From contig JALDZS010000012.1 in assembly GCA_022813965.1 (NCBI GenBank), forward strand, positions 186,001 to 241,807: 55,807 nucleotides of DNA. Direction: 5' to 3'. Shown piece after piece: positions 1 through 11,595 of this stretch. The stretch is from Toensbergia leucococca (lineage: Eukaryota). Every line of letters begins with the position of its first letter. Within the stretch, counting starts at the first letter, position 1. A model generated the notes under the pieces. The model did no database searches. It was given only the letters and a program-made list of their open reading frames with translations, and was not told where the DNA came from. The position numbers were made by a program, and so were the translations under genes.

Positions 1-538
1 ATCTTGGGATTGAGGATTATGAAGGAGATTTTAAGGCGTTAGGAAAGGGGAAAGAGAAGCTGAGAGTATCGGACGAGGGAAAGGGAACTGGGTTGATAGG
101 TGACTGGAGGAGACGGCGTTGGGTGAGAATGGTAAGGAGAAAGGTTCTTTGATGGTCGTTAGGGACATGCCGGCTACTGGTTTATTTGGTTTCGGATCAG
201 CCTGCAATACCATTATTGCAAAAAAATCAACTATCTAGGTACTCTACAGAAGAATTCTTTGCTACCGTTCAAAATGGGTCAGTCAGCAATGCAGCGTTTG
301 TTCAGGCTCGAATCAGCCTCCGTTCAACCACCATCCAGGCTATTCATTTCTTACTCAGGTGCCTTCTCTTTCATTCTCCGACAATCTAATTGATCCGGCG
401 GGATGTTCTATGGTATTGATTTCATCGACTTTACACGTCAAAGGGCGCAGTGGAGGAGTGCCCACTTTCGGGATCCCGGTGTGCCGAAAAGGGAACCCTC
501 CCTCCCTCCGAAACCAGGCACATGCGCAGACCACGCCA

Positions 539-1102
539 CTAGAACGTTAGGTGTAACATCGCATCGCAACTAACAATCGTGCTCGCAAGTAAGAAAACCC
601 CCCTGACAGCACTAAGATTACTCCATCTATTGATCAACCCCTTGACATCCAGATTTCTCAGGCTTTGATCCGGGCTAGTTTCCTTCTTCTCTTCCCTCGA
701 TTGCAACTCAGCATTCGTCGCGTCCAGCGCTAGGAACGTGTACGGCAGGATAGCCAGACTCAGCCCACCAGCAGCCATGAAGCGGTAGTGCTGCGGCTGG
801 GTGCGGGTCAGATAGGAGTTGAGGAAGTTGGCGCCGCTGGCAATCAGGGCTAAGGGTGGCACGACGCTTTTGTCAATGGCACCCATGGTCTGCCATTGGT
901 TCAAGAGGGATTCATCGGAGGAATTCTTGACGTAGGCGGGGACGTGAAGGTAGGAGGTGAAGAGGAGACCGCCTGTTAATCTGCGTCAGCAGTGAAGATA
1001 TTAGGGCAATTTCAATCAAGACGTGCCGGCGCAGAAGGCGGAGGTGGTGGTGCCGAGAACGAAGAGTCTCTTGACTGTGGAGTAGCTGTCGAAGGAAGAC
1101 AT
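539..1102 (-). CDS. DUF1772 / anthrone-oxygenase-like small membrane protein (2 exons)
   Basis: ATG at 1102 (MSSFDSYSTVKRLFVLGTTTSAFCA); intron 1026-973 joins it in frame to ORF 539..904 (LLNQWQTM...LAILPYTFLALDATNAEL...LINRWSNLSAVRG). The PYT...N and W...N..R pattern is typical of DUF1772. Confidence 0.75.
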
Positions 1103-1742
1103 TTGTGATGGCTGATGCTGTTGTGTTGAATGTATCCGTAGAGTATGAATACCGAAAGTAGGTACGTAGTCGTAGGCAGACCAATTATTCCCATCACGAA
1201 AGCGGGGTTTGAAACTCCGCTAGGAAATGCAGCTGATACCCTCCCCTGCTTGTACTCAGCCTCAATTCGGACTTCTTTACCCTCATCTCGGGTTGAAGCA
1301 CTAGCAGCAGCAACCCCTATTGGCGGCCGTGACTGGATATGGGAGAACGAAGTCTCATGTTCGACCATAGGAGTACTCGTGTGGACAATCATGAAGAAAT
1401 ACTCTAGTCCAAATGCGAGTTCGATAGGAAAACTCCATGATACCTATCCTACAACGCTTCAGGAAATTTTTATCTCATGGGCAAGTTGATTCAGGTGCCA
1501 GTACCGGTTCAATATCTTGTCCATGCTGCGACCCTTTGTTTTGCTCGAGGAGGTTCGCGGGTGAACAGTCTAAAGAAAGAGATGGAGAGGTTAGGAGGGA
1601 GCGCCTCGCACGGAAAAATCTTGTTTTCATACCCCAGTCTTCGTCATGCATCATGAATCATTTCACGTAGTCTACCGGAATCGTGCCAGAGGGACATTTC
1701 CTATCTTCTTTCATCGCAGCCTACACTGTCTAATCTTCATCA

Positions 1743-2448
1743 TCAGCCACCCCCTCCCCTCCACCTCCCCACCCTCCTCCTCAAATCTCCCTCACTCTGC
1801 TGCCAAGGATTCAGCTTCCGATCCCTCACCATGCCTCGGAAATCCTCCCCCCACTTTCCCACCAAGGCTTCAATCCACTCCTGCTCCCTCCGACTCTGCT
1901 GCCTCGGCTTCTTCTTCGCTTCCATTGATGCCTGCTCTTCCAATTTGGCTATGATGCCGTTTGCTTCGGATCTAGGTACTACCGTATCGGTTTCGACGTC
2001 AGAGGTGTCGGAGAGGGCATTGAGAGGGTCGTTGAGGGGATTTGTTGGTGTTTGGGGGGCAAGGGGCCGAATTATGCGGATGGCGTTTGTGATGGGGTCG
2101 CGGGTTATGGGGGCGGAGGTCGGGATGAGGGTTTTTGTGGTTGGGGTTGTTATGGAAAGGGTGTTTTTGGTGGAAGGGTTGGTGGAGGGGTGGGATTCGG
2201 TGCCGCCGGCTCGGGCGTTGAGTTTGGAGGTCAGACCCAGCCGGCGATAGTTTTGAGAGAGAGTATGCGATTGTGACCTGTGCTTTGGGGATTAGGCGGA
2301 ATGGGTTTTCGGGGGGGGGAGGGGTTGAATGGTACCAATTTGCTGCTATTAGCGCGTTGCCGCGGAGATTGAGCTTTTTGGATTTGGGCTTTTGGTGGGC
2401 TTTTGGGAGGGAGGACTTGTTTTTCTTCTTTTGGAGTTCGCGGCCCAT
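1743..2448 (-). CDS. NOP16: Nucleolar protein 16 (60S biogenesis), 2 exons
   Basis: MGRELQKKKNKSS...GNALIAANW spliced (about 2335-2278) to SQSHTLSQNYRRLGLTSKLNARAGG; C-terminus EWIEALVGKWGEDFRGMVRDRKLNPWQQSEGDLRRR matches Nop16. Confidence 0.93.
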
Positions 2449-2949
2449 TCTTGGTCGGTGCTCTTGGTTGAAGTTGAGGGTGTGGGTTGACTTGGGTTTT
2501 TGTAGGATATCTGGCTCAGTGGGCGCAAAATCTTGGTTCCCCTTAGGGCTGCGCTAGCTAGGTATCCTAGTTCATACAAAGGCATGGATTAGTCCACCAA
2601 TCTAAACTCATGTACGGATACTTTTCTTCAACTTTCTTAGATATCAATAGAGAAACTATTTATAACATATGGTATTTAGCAGCTGCTGATCAATAAATCT
2701 AGCTTTGAAATCTCAGAGAACTAATTTCTATGTTCTGCTGTTTAGACCATCAATTCTTAACCATAAAAAAGGGTAGAGAAAGTCAGAAATCAAATATTAT
2801 AATAAAAATCCCATGATCTGCTATTGCTACAGAGCACTTCTCTATAAAAAGGACTTCAGAGCTGCGCCATTGAGATGCTTAGCTTGGTGAGGTGGTTATA
2901 CGGTCCTGTAGTCCTCAATACAACGAATGGAATTTCATACTTCCAGGAC

Positions 2950-4590
2950 TCAAGCTATTCCTTCCGCTTTTATCAATTCGTCGTTATCGTAATGAATCAA
3001 ACCACAGCTCGAGCATAGAGTACACGTCCGGGTCATCAGAATCCGAGGATGTTTCAAGATGTTGTCATCCGTGGTAGCTTCTTCCCCGGGCTCGGAGCTC
3101 GTCTCATCCTTATCAGGGACAGTGTCAACCGCGTGCTGTCCGTGAGAACTGGCTTCGAGATCAAGTCCTTTGTCTGCAGAAGCTTTGTCTCCATCCACCA
3201 TTGAACCTGATTCTATAGTCTTGTATAACAACTTCCCTAGATGGACTATCGTGGCCAACGCCAAAATGTAGCCGGCTGCTACCCATGGGCCCCATTGACC
3301 TATTGATAGGTTACCTTCCGATGTTGGGGTCGAGAACTTATTGACAGCGAGCTCGTATGTGACTATGGCCCATATCATCTCCACTGAGAAAATCGTCAAT
3401 ACAAGATAGCAACGGATTTTTCGAGAAGGCCTATTCTGTGGATCAGCCAATTAAAGATTGCCGTCGTATCCCTGACTAATAGCGCATAGGACTCACCATC
3501 GGCTGCAGCTACAGACAATAGCTACGGATATTGCAGCAGCCATTGCCGCTGTCAAATACCTGAAAGGGAGCGGAAGAAGAGGAGACTGAAAACTAGTATA
3601 CCACTGAACGTGCGGTGCTAAAGGACCATCATCTAACGTTCCAAGCTGCCGTATGGTCAAAGGCGAGTCTGAAAGTCTAGGACTATCTGTTTCCGTTTGA
3701 TAGTCAACCAGTCTATTTGATGCAAAGTAATATGGCGAAATATCCGAGGCTTGACGCCCCGTACGTAAATGTCCAAGCAGCATATCGTTTAGACTCCAGA
3801 GCTTGACGGCACCGTAAGTGTCCACATAACATGGACCCGCAACTCGGTACTCTTCAGGTGATTTTAACAAAACCGCGGGCAGTTGCATTTCAGCGGTACC
3901 CGTAATGGTGCAATAGACCGTAGCAAACATCAAGGCGCAGCTGCATACAACAGATATCACGGTCGCCGAGAATTCCAGCCGATTTCGATCAGTTTTACTC
4001 TTCCATTCTCGAATGTCAAGGTGTGCGATGAAGTAGACCGCAGCGGAATAGCAACCTACGAATGCAACGAGACTGGCAGCAGAAAAATCCAAGTCAGTTA
4101 TCAGGTTCCACGGCACTGAATTTGATATGGCCATAACCAAAAGGTGGCAGCAAGCGCTAAGACCGAAAGTTGTTGACCAGAGTATGGCAAGGAGACTCAG
4201 ACTTCGGATGCGTAAGGTGATGGCGAGAAAGCCGGCAACAATACTGAAGTATAATAGGTAGCGTTGCAATGCGCCATAATAGCCGCTGATAGGGAAGACA
4301 CAGACCGACATGGGGCATTCAATCGATATAGGTCTATCGAGGGGGAGCATTTGCTCTATTTCATTGACATTCATGTAGGTCCAGGTGGCATTGTAGGGGA
4401 CGGTGGTCCAGGGGTCGACATAGTGTGAGATGTTGAAAGCATTGGTATCTCGTCCAGCAGAGCCATCAGTCGTTATTTTCAAGAAATACCATGTATTGTC
4501 AAGCTTCTCGCTGCTAGACTTGATATAGGTGTTAGTAAGGGATAAATTAAAGAGATAATCTGCGCTGCTGCAGGAACTGGTAAGGGCCAT
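2950..4590 (-). CDS. Uncharacterised multi-pass membrane protein (2 exons)
   Basis: 365-aa ORF joined through a GTGAGT...GCTGAT...TAG intron (about 3496-3431) to the 166-aa ORF; several hydrophobic helices; motifs CVFPISGYYGALQRYLLY and IGQWGPWV. Confidence 0.7.
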
Positions 4591-5305
4591 TCGGGGCTGC
4601 TGATAGAAATAGGAAATAGGAATGTGAGAAGAGCATGGATTTCGATCTCGACAGAGCCAAAGACCAAGCTATATAGAGAAGGGTTGAGGGTGGATGACGG
4701 GACCTAGGAAGCAAGAAATGTGCGAGGAAGCCGATCTCTACAATAGTATCAGCATCACCAGCTCACACCAAACACTACACCACCATTGACATCGATAACG
4801 GTGGCACAGTAAGATCAACGTTGTCGGAACCCGACCTCTTGCAGATATGCGCTACCTATAACCTCGCCTTCTATCTGCAGAATGCCGTTTTGGTAGGTAA
4901 AGCATGCTGAAGTATTGGTAGGGATGCGAACTCATGTGAGGGTGGGAAAATGATTGCGGCGGGATTGTGACGCCGATATGCGTATGTCCAGGAAAGATCG
5001 GGTGTGGTGGTTTCACATTAAATCGGCTCCATGTGCCCCTTGCATGAAGCCTGCCAGAATTTCCAATCAGATAAGATACGGGCCAGGTGGTGAGGGTCGG
5101 ATCGGCATGAGTATCTCGTCTTTAGGTATTATAGGAACTGTCTACCTAAGGAGCCGCAGCCAATAACCACTACCTTACAGGCGGGGTACTGAGCTTTTTA
5201 TGCTTTATCTTCAGTAGTAACATACAGTATAGAGACCTGTGCGCATTGATTGTTGATCATTGGTGATACTATTCTAGATTTGATTGATTTTACTTTGCAG
5301 TTAAG

Positions 5306-6778
5306 ATGACATTTGGAGTACCCTCGCGACGCTCATGGCTTCCTCTGACTGTGTTGGTCGTCTATATGTTTTTTCAGGCTGCTGCTGGGGAGACTCGGAC
5401 AGAAAAGAGGTGGGCGATAGATCAGATGAGCGTTCTTGAAATAGAAGATGCCCTCCAGGTGCTTCCTTTCCACTTTACTCAATTCAGCAGAACCGAATCG
5501 CTAATTGATCTTCTGCACTGCTACAGCAATGTCCGCTTGTGCAAGATCTCAATCGGCTCAAGCTTGCGACCAATCCGCCCACATCAAGCCTTACCTCCCA
5601 CATATTTTCTGTTCTTTTCCCTGGAAGTCCCGCTATCAATGCCCTTCTCGCAACCCTGTATATCTCGGGACCACCGAGTCAGCCTATGATGACATTTCCT
5701 GTAACATTTGGCCCTCACTGACACATCCTGACAGACTTTCTCCTGGCTCTCTGCCCCCCAAACATCGACCCCTCCTCCCTCTCCGTCATGGTCGCTTTTG
5801 CTGTTGGCGGTCTCCTCGGTGACACGCTATTCCATCTTCTCCCCGAAATCTTCCTCGGCGAATCCTCCCCCGGACATGCTCGGTTCGTCCTCGTAGAACC
5901 AAACAAGAATCTTCTCCTTGGCGTGGCCATAATGGTCGGATTCATAACCTTCGTCGCTATGGATAAAGGTCTCAGAATAGCTACTGGGGGCTCATCGGAA
6001 CACGACCACCGCCATGCTTCCACAAGTGGTGCTTTAGAAGAAGGCGAGAAGGCTGCTGCGAGCGCTACAGCCAGCGGTGTTGCCACTACGACATCAAACG
6101 GCGAACTCAAACCTCGTAAAGCGCTTTCTTCGGTATCACCTACTACAGGGAGTTCTAGTCACACGGAGAAAGACCCCTCAACTTCTATTCGCCTCTCTGC
6201 CTACCTTAATCTCATAGCAGACTTCACACATAACATAACCGATGGCCTAGCCCTCTCATCCTCTTTCTACGCCTCTCCCACACTTGGAGCCACCACTACC
6301 GTCGCCGTCTTCTTTCATGAAATACCTCACGAAGTGGGCGATTTTGCCTTGCTAATCCAATCCGGGTTTTCAAAAAAGCGTGCCATGGGTGCTCAATTCG
6401 TCACTGCGGTCGGAGCTTTTGTTGGAACGTTTTTAGGAATTCTTGTGCAAGAGTCTGGTAAAACTTCGGAATCTCTGACTGATGGCACAGAAGGATTGCG
6501 GAACCTTGGTCTGGCTGGGACTGGATTGGGATGGGGGGATTTGCTGCTGCCGTTCACGGCGGGGACTTTTCTGTACGTGGGAACCGTGGCTGTTATTCCG
6601 GAATTGTTAGAGACCGGACCAAAGAAGGGGGAAGAACTGAGAAAGACGGCAATGCAATTTGCGGCTATGGCGCTTGGAGCGGGGATTATGCTTGCGTAAG
6701 TTTTAGATTCTTTGGGGAGGCTCCTCATGTGTATGGTTGTGACTACTAACAGAGATGCATAGAATTTCTTGGTCATAA
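5306..6778 (+). CDS. YKE4: ZIP-family (ZIP7/Yke4/Catsup) ER zinc transporter, multi-exon
   Basis: Signal-like N-terminus; AFAVGGLLGDTLFHLLPE, NLIADFTHNITDG, HEIPHEVGDFALL, LLPFTAGTFLYV signatures; last intron about 6696-6762, then ISWS-stop at 6778. Confidence 0.88.
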
Positions 6779-6947
6779 TTACCTGCACCCGATTTTGTGA
6801 GATTCACGTACACAATCATACACCTGCAAGACAGGTCTGACCATCCTCAGCGGCACGAGCAATACTTTAAGATATGATATTGCACCAAAAGAAAAACGCC
6901 GAGATTGGATTGTCCACATGATGCACACGGTGGGAGTCCCTTTCTCT

Positions 6948-8137
6948 TTAAGTGCACTCCTTCGCAACCCCCTCCAACGCCTTCAAATACTCCCCTACCT
7001 CCTTCGCCCCCTCCAAAGTGAAATCCCTCCTCCGCCCCTCAATCACCACATGCGGCACCGCATCGACCCCATTCCCCGCCTGCTCCCGTATCAGCATCTT
7101 CGTTTCTTGTAATCCCTCGTACTCGTCATCGACAAAAGCTTCGGCGTCCGAGCTGGGGATGCCGGCTGCGGTGGTGGCGGTTAGGAGCGTGGGGCGGGAG
7201 GAAGGGTGCGCGCGGGCAGTGAAGTATTGCATGTAGAGTGCTTTGGGGAAAACCTTAGTTCGGATGTTTGATGCTGAGGTAGAGTTTTGGGTGCGGTTTG
7301 ATAGGAAAAGTACAATTTACGATCTCATCCGCGACCTCGGGTCCCTTTTCCTCCTGGTAATGCTGTATCAGCCGGTGTGCGTCTAGGGTGTTGGCGATTG
7401 TGCCGTTAAAATCAAAGTCTATGCCTGCGGAGGCGCCGTAGGCCGACATGACGGTCGTGTACTTTTTCATTTTTTCGGGGGAGTCAGAGTATTTTTCTCG
7501 TTTGTACCTGTGTATTGAGGGAAAGAGGGTTGGTTGATTGCTTGCTTGAAGGGGCGGGGGATGGGAAATACTGATTGTATGAAGGAGGCAATTGGGGGCT
7601 ACAGAGGTGATGGAGGGGAGGCAGGAAAGATTACCATTCATATTTATCGTCGCCTTCTTTGCTGGCTTCGGGGTAGAGTTGGTAGGGGAAGTATTTTTTT
7701 GTGAATGAGACGTTTTGGGCGGAAGGACCGGAGCGGAACAGAGAGAGGGCTGTATTGGGGACGAAGAGTTAGGTTGAGATGGTGCGGGTGGGTTATGTAG
7801 AGGTCGACTGGAGAAATGGGGGCCAGACGAGAAAAGCTATGGAATGAAGTACAGCAGCCCACGGGGAAGTTGAAGGGAATATCACCAAACACAAAGGCGG
7901 TAATGCCGTTCTATTCACACTCACCTTCATCGAGTCTAGCCACAAGACCTTGGTCAGATTTGAATGTTGATATGTGCTTCTTTTTCATCCACAATCTTAC
8001 CTCTTCTTGGCCAAATATGTCCTAGGCTTAGTTTGAGCCACGTCTCCCAAGTAACTCAAAACAAAGACCAGAATAGAAATGACGTACCAAGGGCAGATGG
8101 TGTCGAGGGTGAAGGAGATCTGCGACTCGTAGACCAT
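6948..8137 (-). CDS. DSBA-like thioredoxin-fold protein (FrnE/GST-kappa-like), multi-exon
   Basis: MVYESQISFTLDTICPW|TYLAKKR; later exons GIDFDFNGTIANTLDAHRLIQH and GVDAVPHVVIEG (cis-Pro loop). Confidence 0.85.
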
Positions 8138-9037
8138 GGTTTCTGCGGCGGCTGTGTACCTGAACTAGGGAGGTGGTTGATGACGAAGCTGGTCGCTTGT
8201 AGGTAGGGTTTGGTCTATGCGATGTGAGGCGAGGCGGCTCGTCGGGTATGGGATGGAGTCGTTGCCTCGTGATGTGATGGGGGTAAGTTGGGAGGGATAT
8301 GGGTATTAGGGCAAAGAAGTGGAATAGAGGGATTACGAGACTCTTAACATAGTGTCATTTTTTGCTATGCATGAAATTATTGAACTTAATTCCAGCGGTC
8401 GAAAGGAAAGGATGCTTCGGGGACCGCGGTACGGAGCTTCAAACCCTAATTGCGTCATATTGCTTGGCAGGCACGGCAGGGCACGATCAACATTTGAACC
8501 CGAGGAGAGGTGGCAAGTCTCACACAATTTAACATCAGATGCCTAGCAGGAGTTCGAAGAAGGACCCATCACAGTAAAGTAACAGCGCTGAAGAACTCAT
8601 ACGTGACATGAAGATGAGCACTCAATAAAACAGGAATAGAAGACTCACAGGGAAAGAAGGAGAAAATACATCCAAACTCTGGCTCGCAATCATCCACCAC
8701 ACGCTCGTTTCACACTCTCCCAGCGCATAAAGCAGAAAGTCTTTTCCTAGTCCAAAGTCCATACCCATCTCCTTTCCTTTACTCGCGAAACGGCTCAATG
8801 ATGTATAGCCCTAAGGCAGACATCCCATTTCCCCCTGCTCGGATCCGTTTCAAAAAGATGTACCTAGTCTCATCATGTATCTGTACACGTAATGGCCTTA
8901 CCTCATTTCTACACACTCGCACAAACCTTTCCACTCTTTAGAGGAGAAAACAATCTCTTATACGATCGAGGGAAAACCTCACTGTCAAATCAAAACCCCT
9001 TTAAAAGAGCTCTTAGCACAGCCAGCAGCCTCCAAAA

Positions 9038-10134
9038 ATGAAGTCTCACGGCTTCATCACCACTCTGGCGACAGCAGCAGGCCTCGCAGTGGCGCAGATA
9101 CCAGCGTACGCTCCCACTACTCTTTGTCCTTGCCAGTGGCCAATTCATCCCCCAACCCACCTTCCATGACCCCCCTTTTCCTAGAAAAACCATCATCCAA
9201 TTCAATCCCCTCTTCTCCTTCTAATCCACCTCCCTCCTCCATGACCACTCCCCTCTCCTCTCCCCTCTTCCCTCGCTACCTGACTGACACCCCCCAGAAT
9301 CCCCCGCAGCACTTCAATAACCTGCCCCGCAAGCGGCGGTTCCTTCTGCGCCAGCACCTCCCTAACCACAAACATAATAATCCGCTGCATCGGCACCATC
9401 GGCCAGCCCGGCAACTGCAACGACAAGTAACCTCTCCCCATCCCCCATCTTCTTTGCCCAGAAACAAAGAAATAAAAACTAATATCTGCCCCCAAAAAGC
9501 CTCGCCTACGTTCCCCCAGTCGGCGTAAAAGACTTTGCACCCTGTACGTTTCTCCCACCCCTCCCCCCCCACAACAAAGAAAAGCCTTTCCCCCCAGACC
9601 AAACCAGAACTAACCCCCAACCCAGGCTACCAATCCAGCCCCACCGCCGGCGACGCCGCCTGTTCCTACAACAACACAATCTACCCAGACGTAGGAATGC
9701 CCTTCCCAATCCCCCCCAACAAAACTACCACAACCACAACCTGCACAACCAGCACCCCAACCTCCAGCACCTCCTCCCCTTTCTACGCCTACCCCTCCCT
9801 GAACAGCACAACACCCCTCCCCCTCTCCGGCGGCACAATAGGCACAAGCGCCATAACCAGCATCTCCATCTTCTCCGCCCTCAGCAGCAGCAGCAGCAGC
9901 AGCAGCAACAATAGCACCGTCGGCACCAGCATCGCCTTCGCCTCCATCCCCTCTTCCACAACACCAATGCCGATCACGACCACGACAGCGACGACGACCT
10001 CCAAGACGCTAAGCACGACCGCTACGGCCAAGCCGGCTTCTTTTACGGGAGCCGCTGCGACGGTGGCGGGGGGGAGGTGGAGAATGGGTGTTGGAGTCGG
10101 GGCTGTGGGGATTGTGGCTGCGGTGTTTTGGTAG
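9038..10134 (+). CDS. Secreted Cys-rich, Ser/Thr-rich putative GPI-anchored cell-wall protein (4 exons)
   Basis: Signal peptide MKSHGFITTLATAAGLAVA; spliced exons give TCPASGGSFC...IIRCIGTIGQPGNCNDNLAYVPPVGVKDFAPCYQSSPTAGDAACSYN; then a Ser/Thr-rich stalk and FTGAAA plus a hydrophobic tail (GPI-signal-like). Confidence 0.8.
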
Positions 10135-11595
10135 GAATCTTTTAGGGGCTGGGTTCGAGAAGGAGGAGGTCGAAGGAGGAAGCAAGGGCGTTTCCGACCC
10201 CCTCACTTTTTTTTAGGGGCTTGTTGTCTGGCATCGGAGCTCTTTAATGGATCTGAGTACATTTATATCCCTTACACAAATCTGCCCCCCCAAAAACCAA
10301 GAAAAGAAAAAAAACCAAAACACATCTCTAGACTATTTTCTAGGTGCGCACAATTTGTCCCCCACTCCACCCCACCCCCCCTACCAAAAAAAATAAAAGT
10401 AAATAACAAAAAAATGATAGGATAGAAGGCCAATTTCCTATCTTATTTCCCCCCCCTCCAATCCCACCCCCCCAACCTTTGTTTTCCTAGCTAGCAGGCA
10501 AAAAGACCCAACAAAAAAATCCAAAAAGCGTGTGAGCAAAAGACATACAAAACCCATCTCACATAGAAGAAGAGACGATAGGACCAACCCATCTTATCAA
10601 GCCCACCCAACTCCCATTAAAAATCCGCAACCCTTCCAACTCTTACCCCCTACCTCGTCCTCCTCCCCTTCCACACCCCGCCCCTACATCACTCCCTCCA
10701 TCCTCACAAAAGCCCCCCTTCCCCCAAGTCGCCCCACCCTCACAAAAGCCCCCCCCCCCCAAAAAATCCCACATCCTGAATCCCAAGCTCCAAGAAAAAT
10801 CATCTACATCATATCCATTCGTTCATCAGCACATCAGCACATCAGCTCAAGCCCCCAGAGGCATCACAAGCCAACAAACACACAAACGACCACAAAAACG
10901 AGTGATCCGAATCCGATGGAGGAGGAGGAAGGTATGTGAACGATACAACAACAGATGGGAAAATGCAGGATTTGGGCCTATTGAAGCGGGGCGGGGTGTG
11001 AGTGTGCATATAGGGGGTGGGGGGGTGTTTAAATAGAATATAGGAACAGTTTGCGTCGTTGGTGCCTGTGGAGGGAGGGAAATTAGATAGATAGGTAGAT
11101 GGGGGGGGGCGGGGGGGGGGGCGGATTGTCTTTAATTAGGGAGGGTGCGCTGTGATTGGGGCGAAGAAGCGAGTACAACGGATAAGAGGAACAGGCCGTC
11201 GACTGCACGAGCGGTAAAAAAAGAGAAATACCACACGAAAAAGAACACCCCCCCCAATTAGGTCATCCAGTTGCGAGAAAAAAAAGAATTGTATTCAAGA
11301 AAGCCAAATGGTGGGGAATCCATCCTTGTATTCATCTAAAGGGATGGTCGAATGCTAAACGCTAGGTTGTCCAGCTAGAATCCAGCACTGCCCAGGCCAA
11401 GAACCAAGATGCAAAAAAAAAAAAAAAAGATAACGAACTTGTACCAAAGGCCAATGCAGTTGAGACGGAGGGAACCTGGTCCTTCTTGCTCAGAAAATCA
11501 GGATGCAATGAAAGGCAAAGCGCCACCGAATGCACCTCGGAGAACAAGGATATCTAGGAAAGGCTGTTTATAGCCTATCTAATTGATAGCCTTCG

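Noticed and set aside
1..213. Minus-strand ORF 31..213 at the window edge
   Set aside because: All tested frames stop before the edge; probably UTR or intron of a gene outside the window.
10260..11130. Homopolymer-rich region with a short direct repeat (CCTCACAAAAGCCCCCC x2) and ORF 10532-10939
   Set aside because: Low-complexity sequence between convergent 3' ends; no terminal repeats, transposase or spacer structure.
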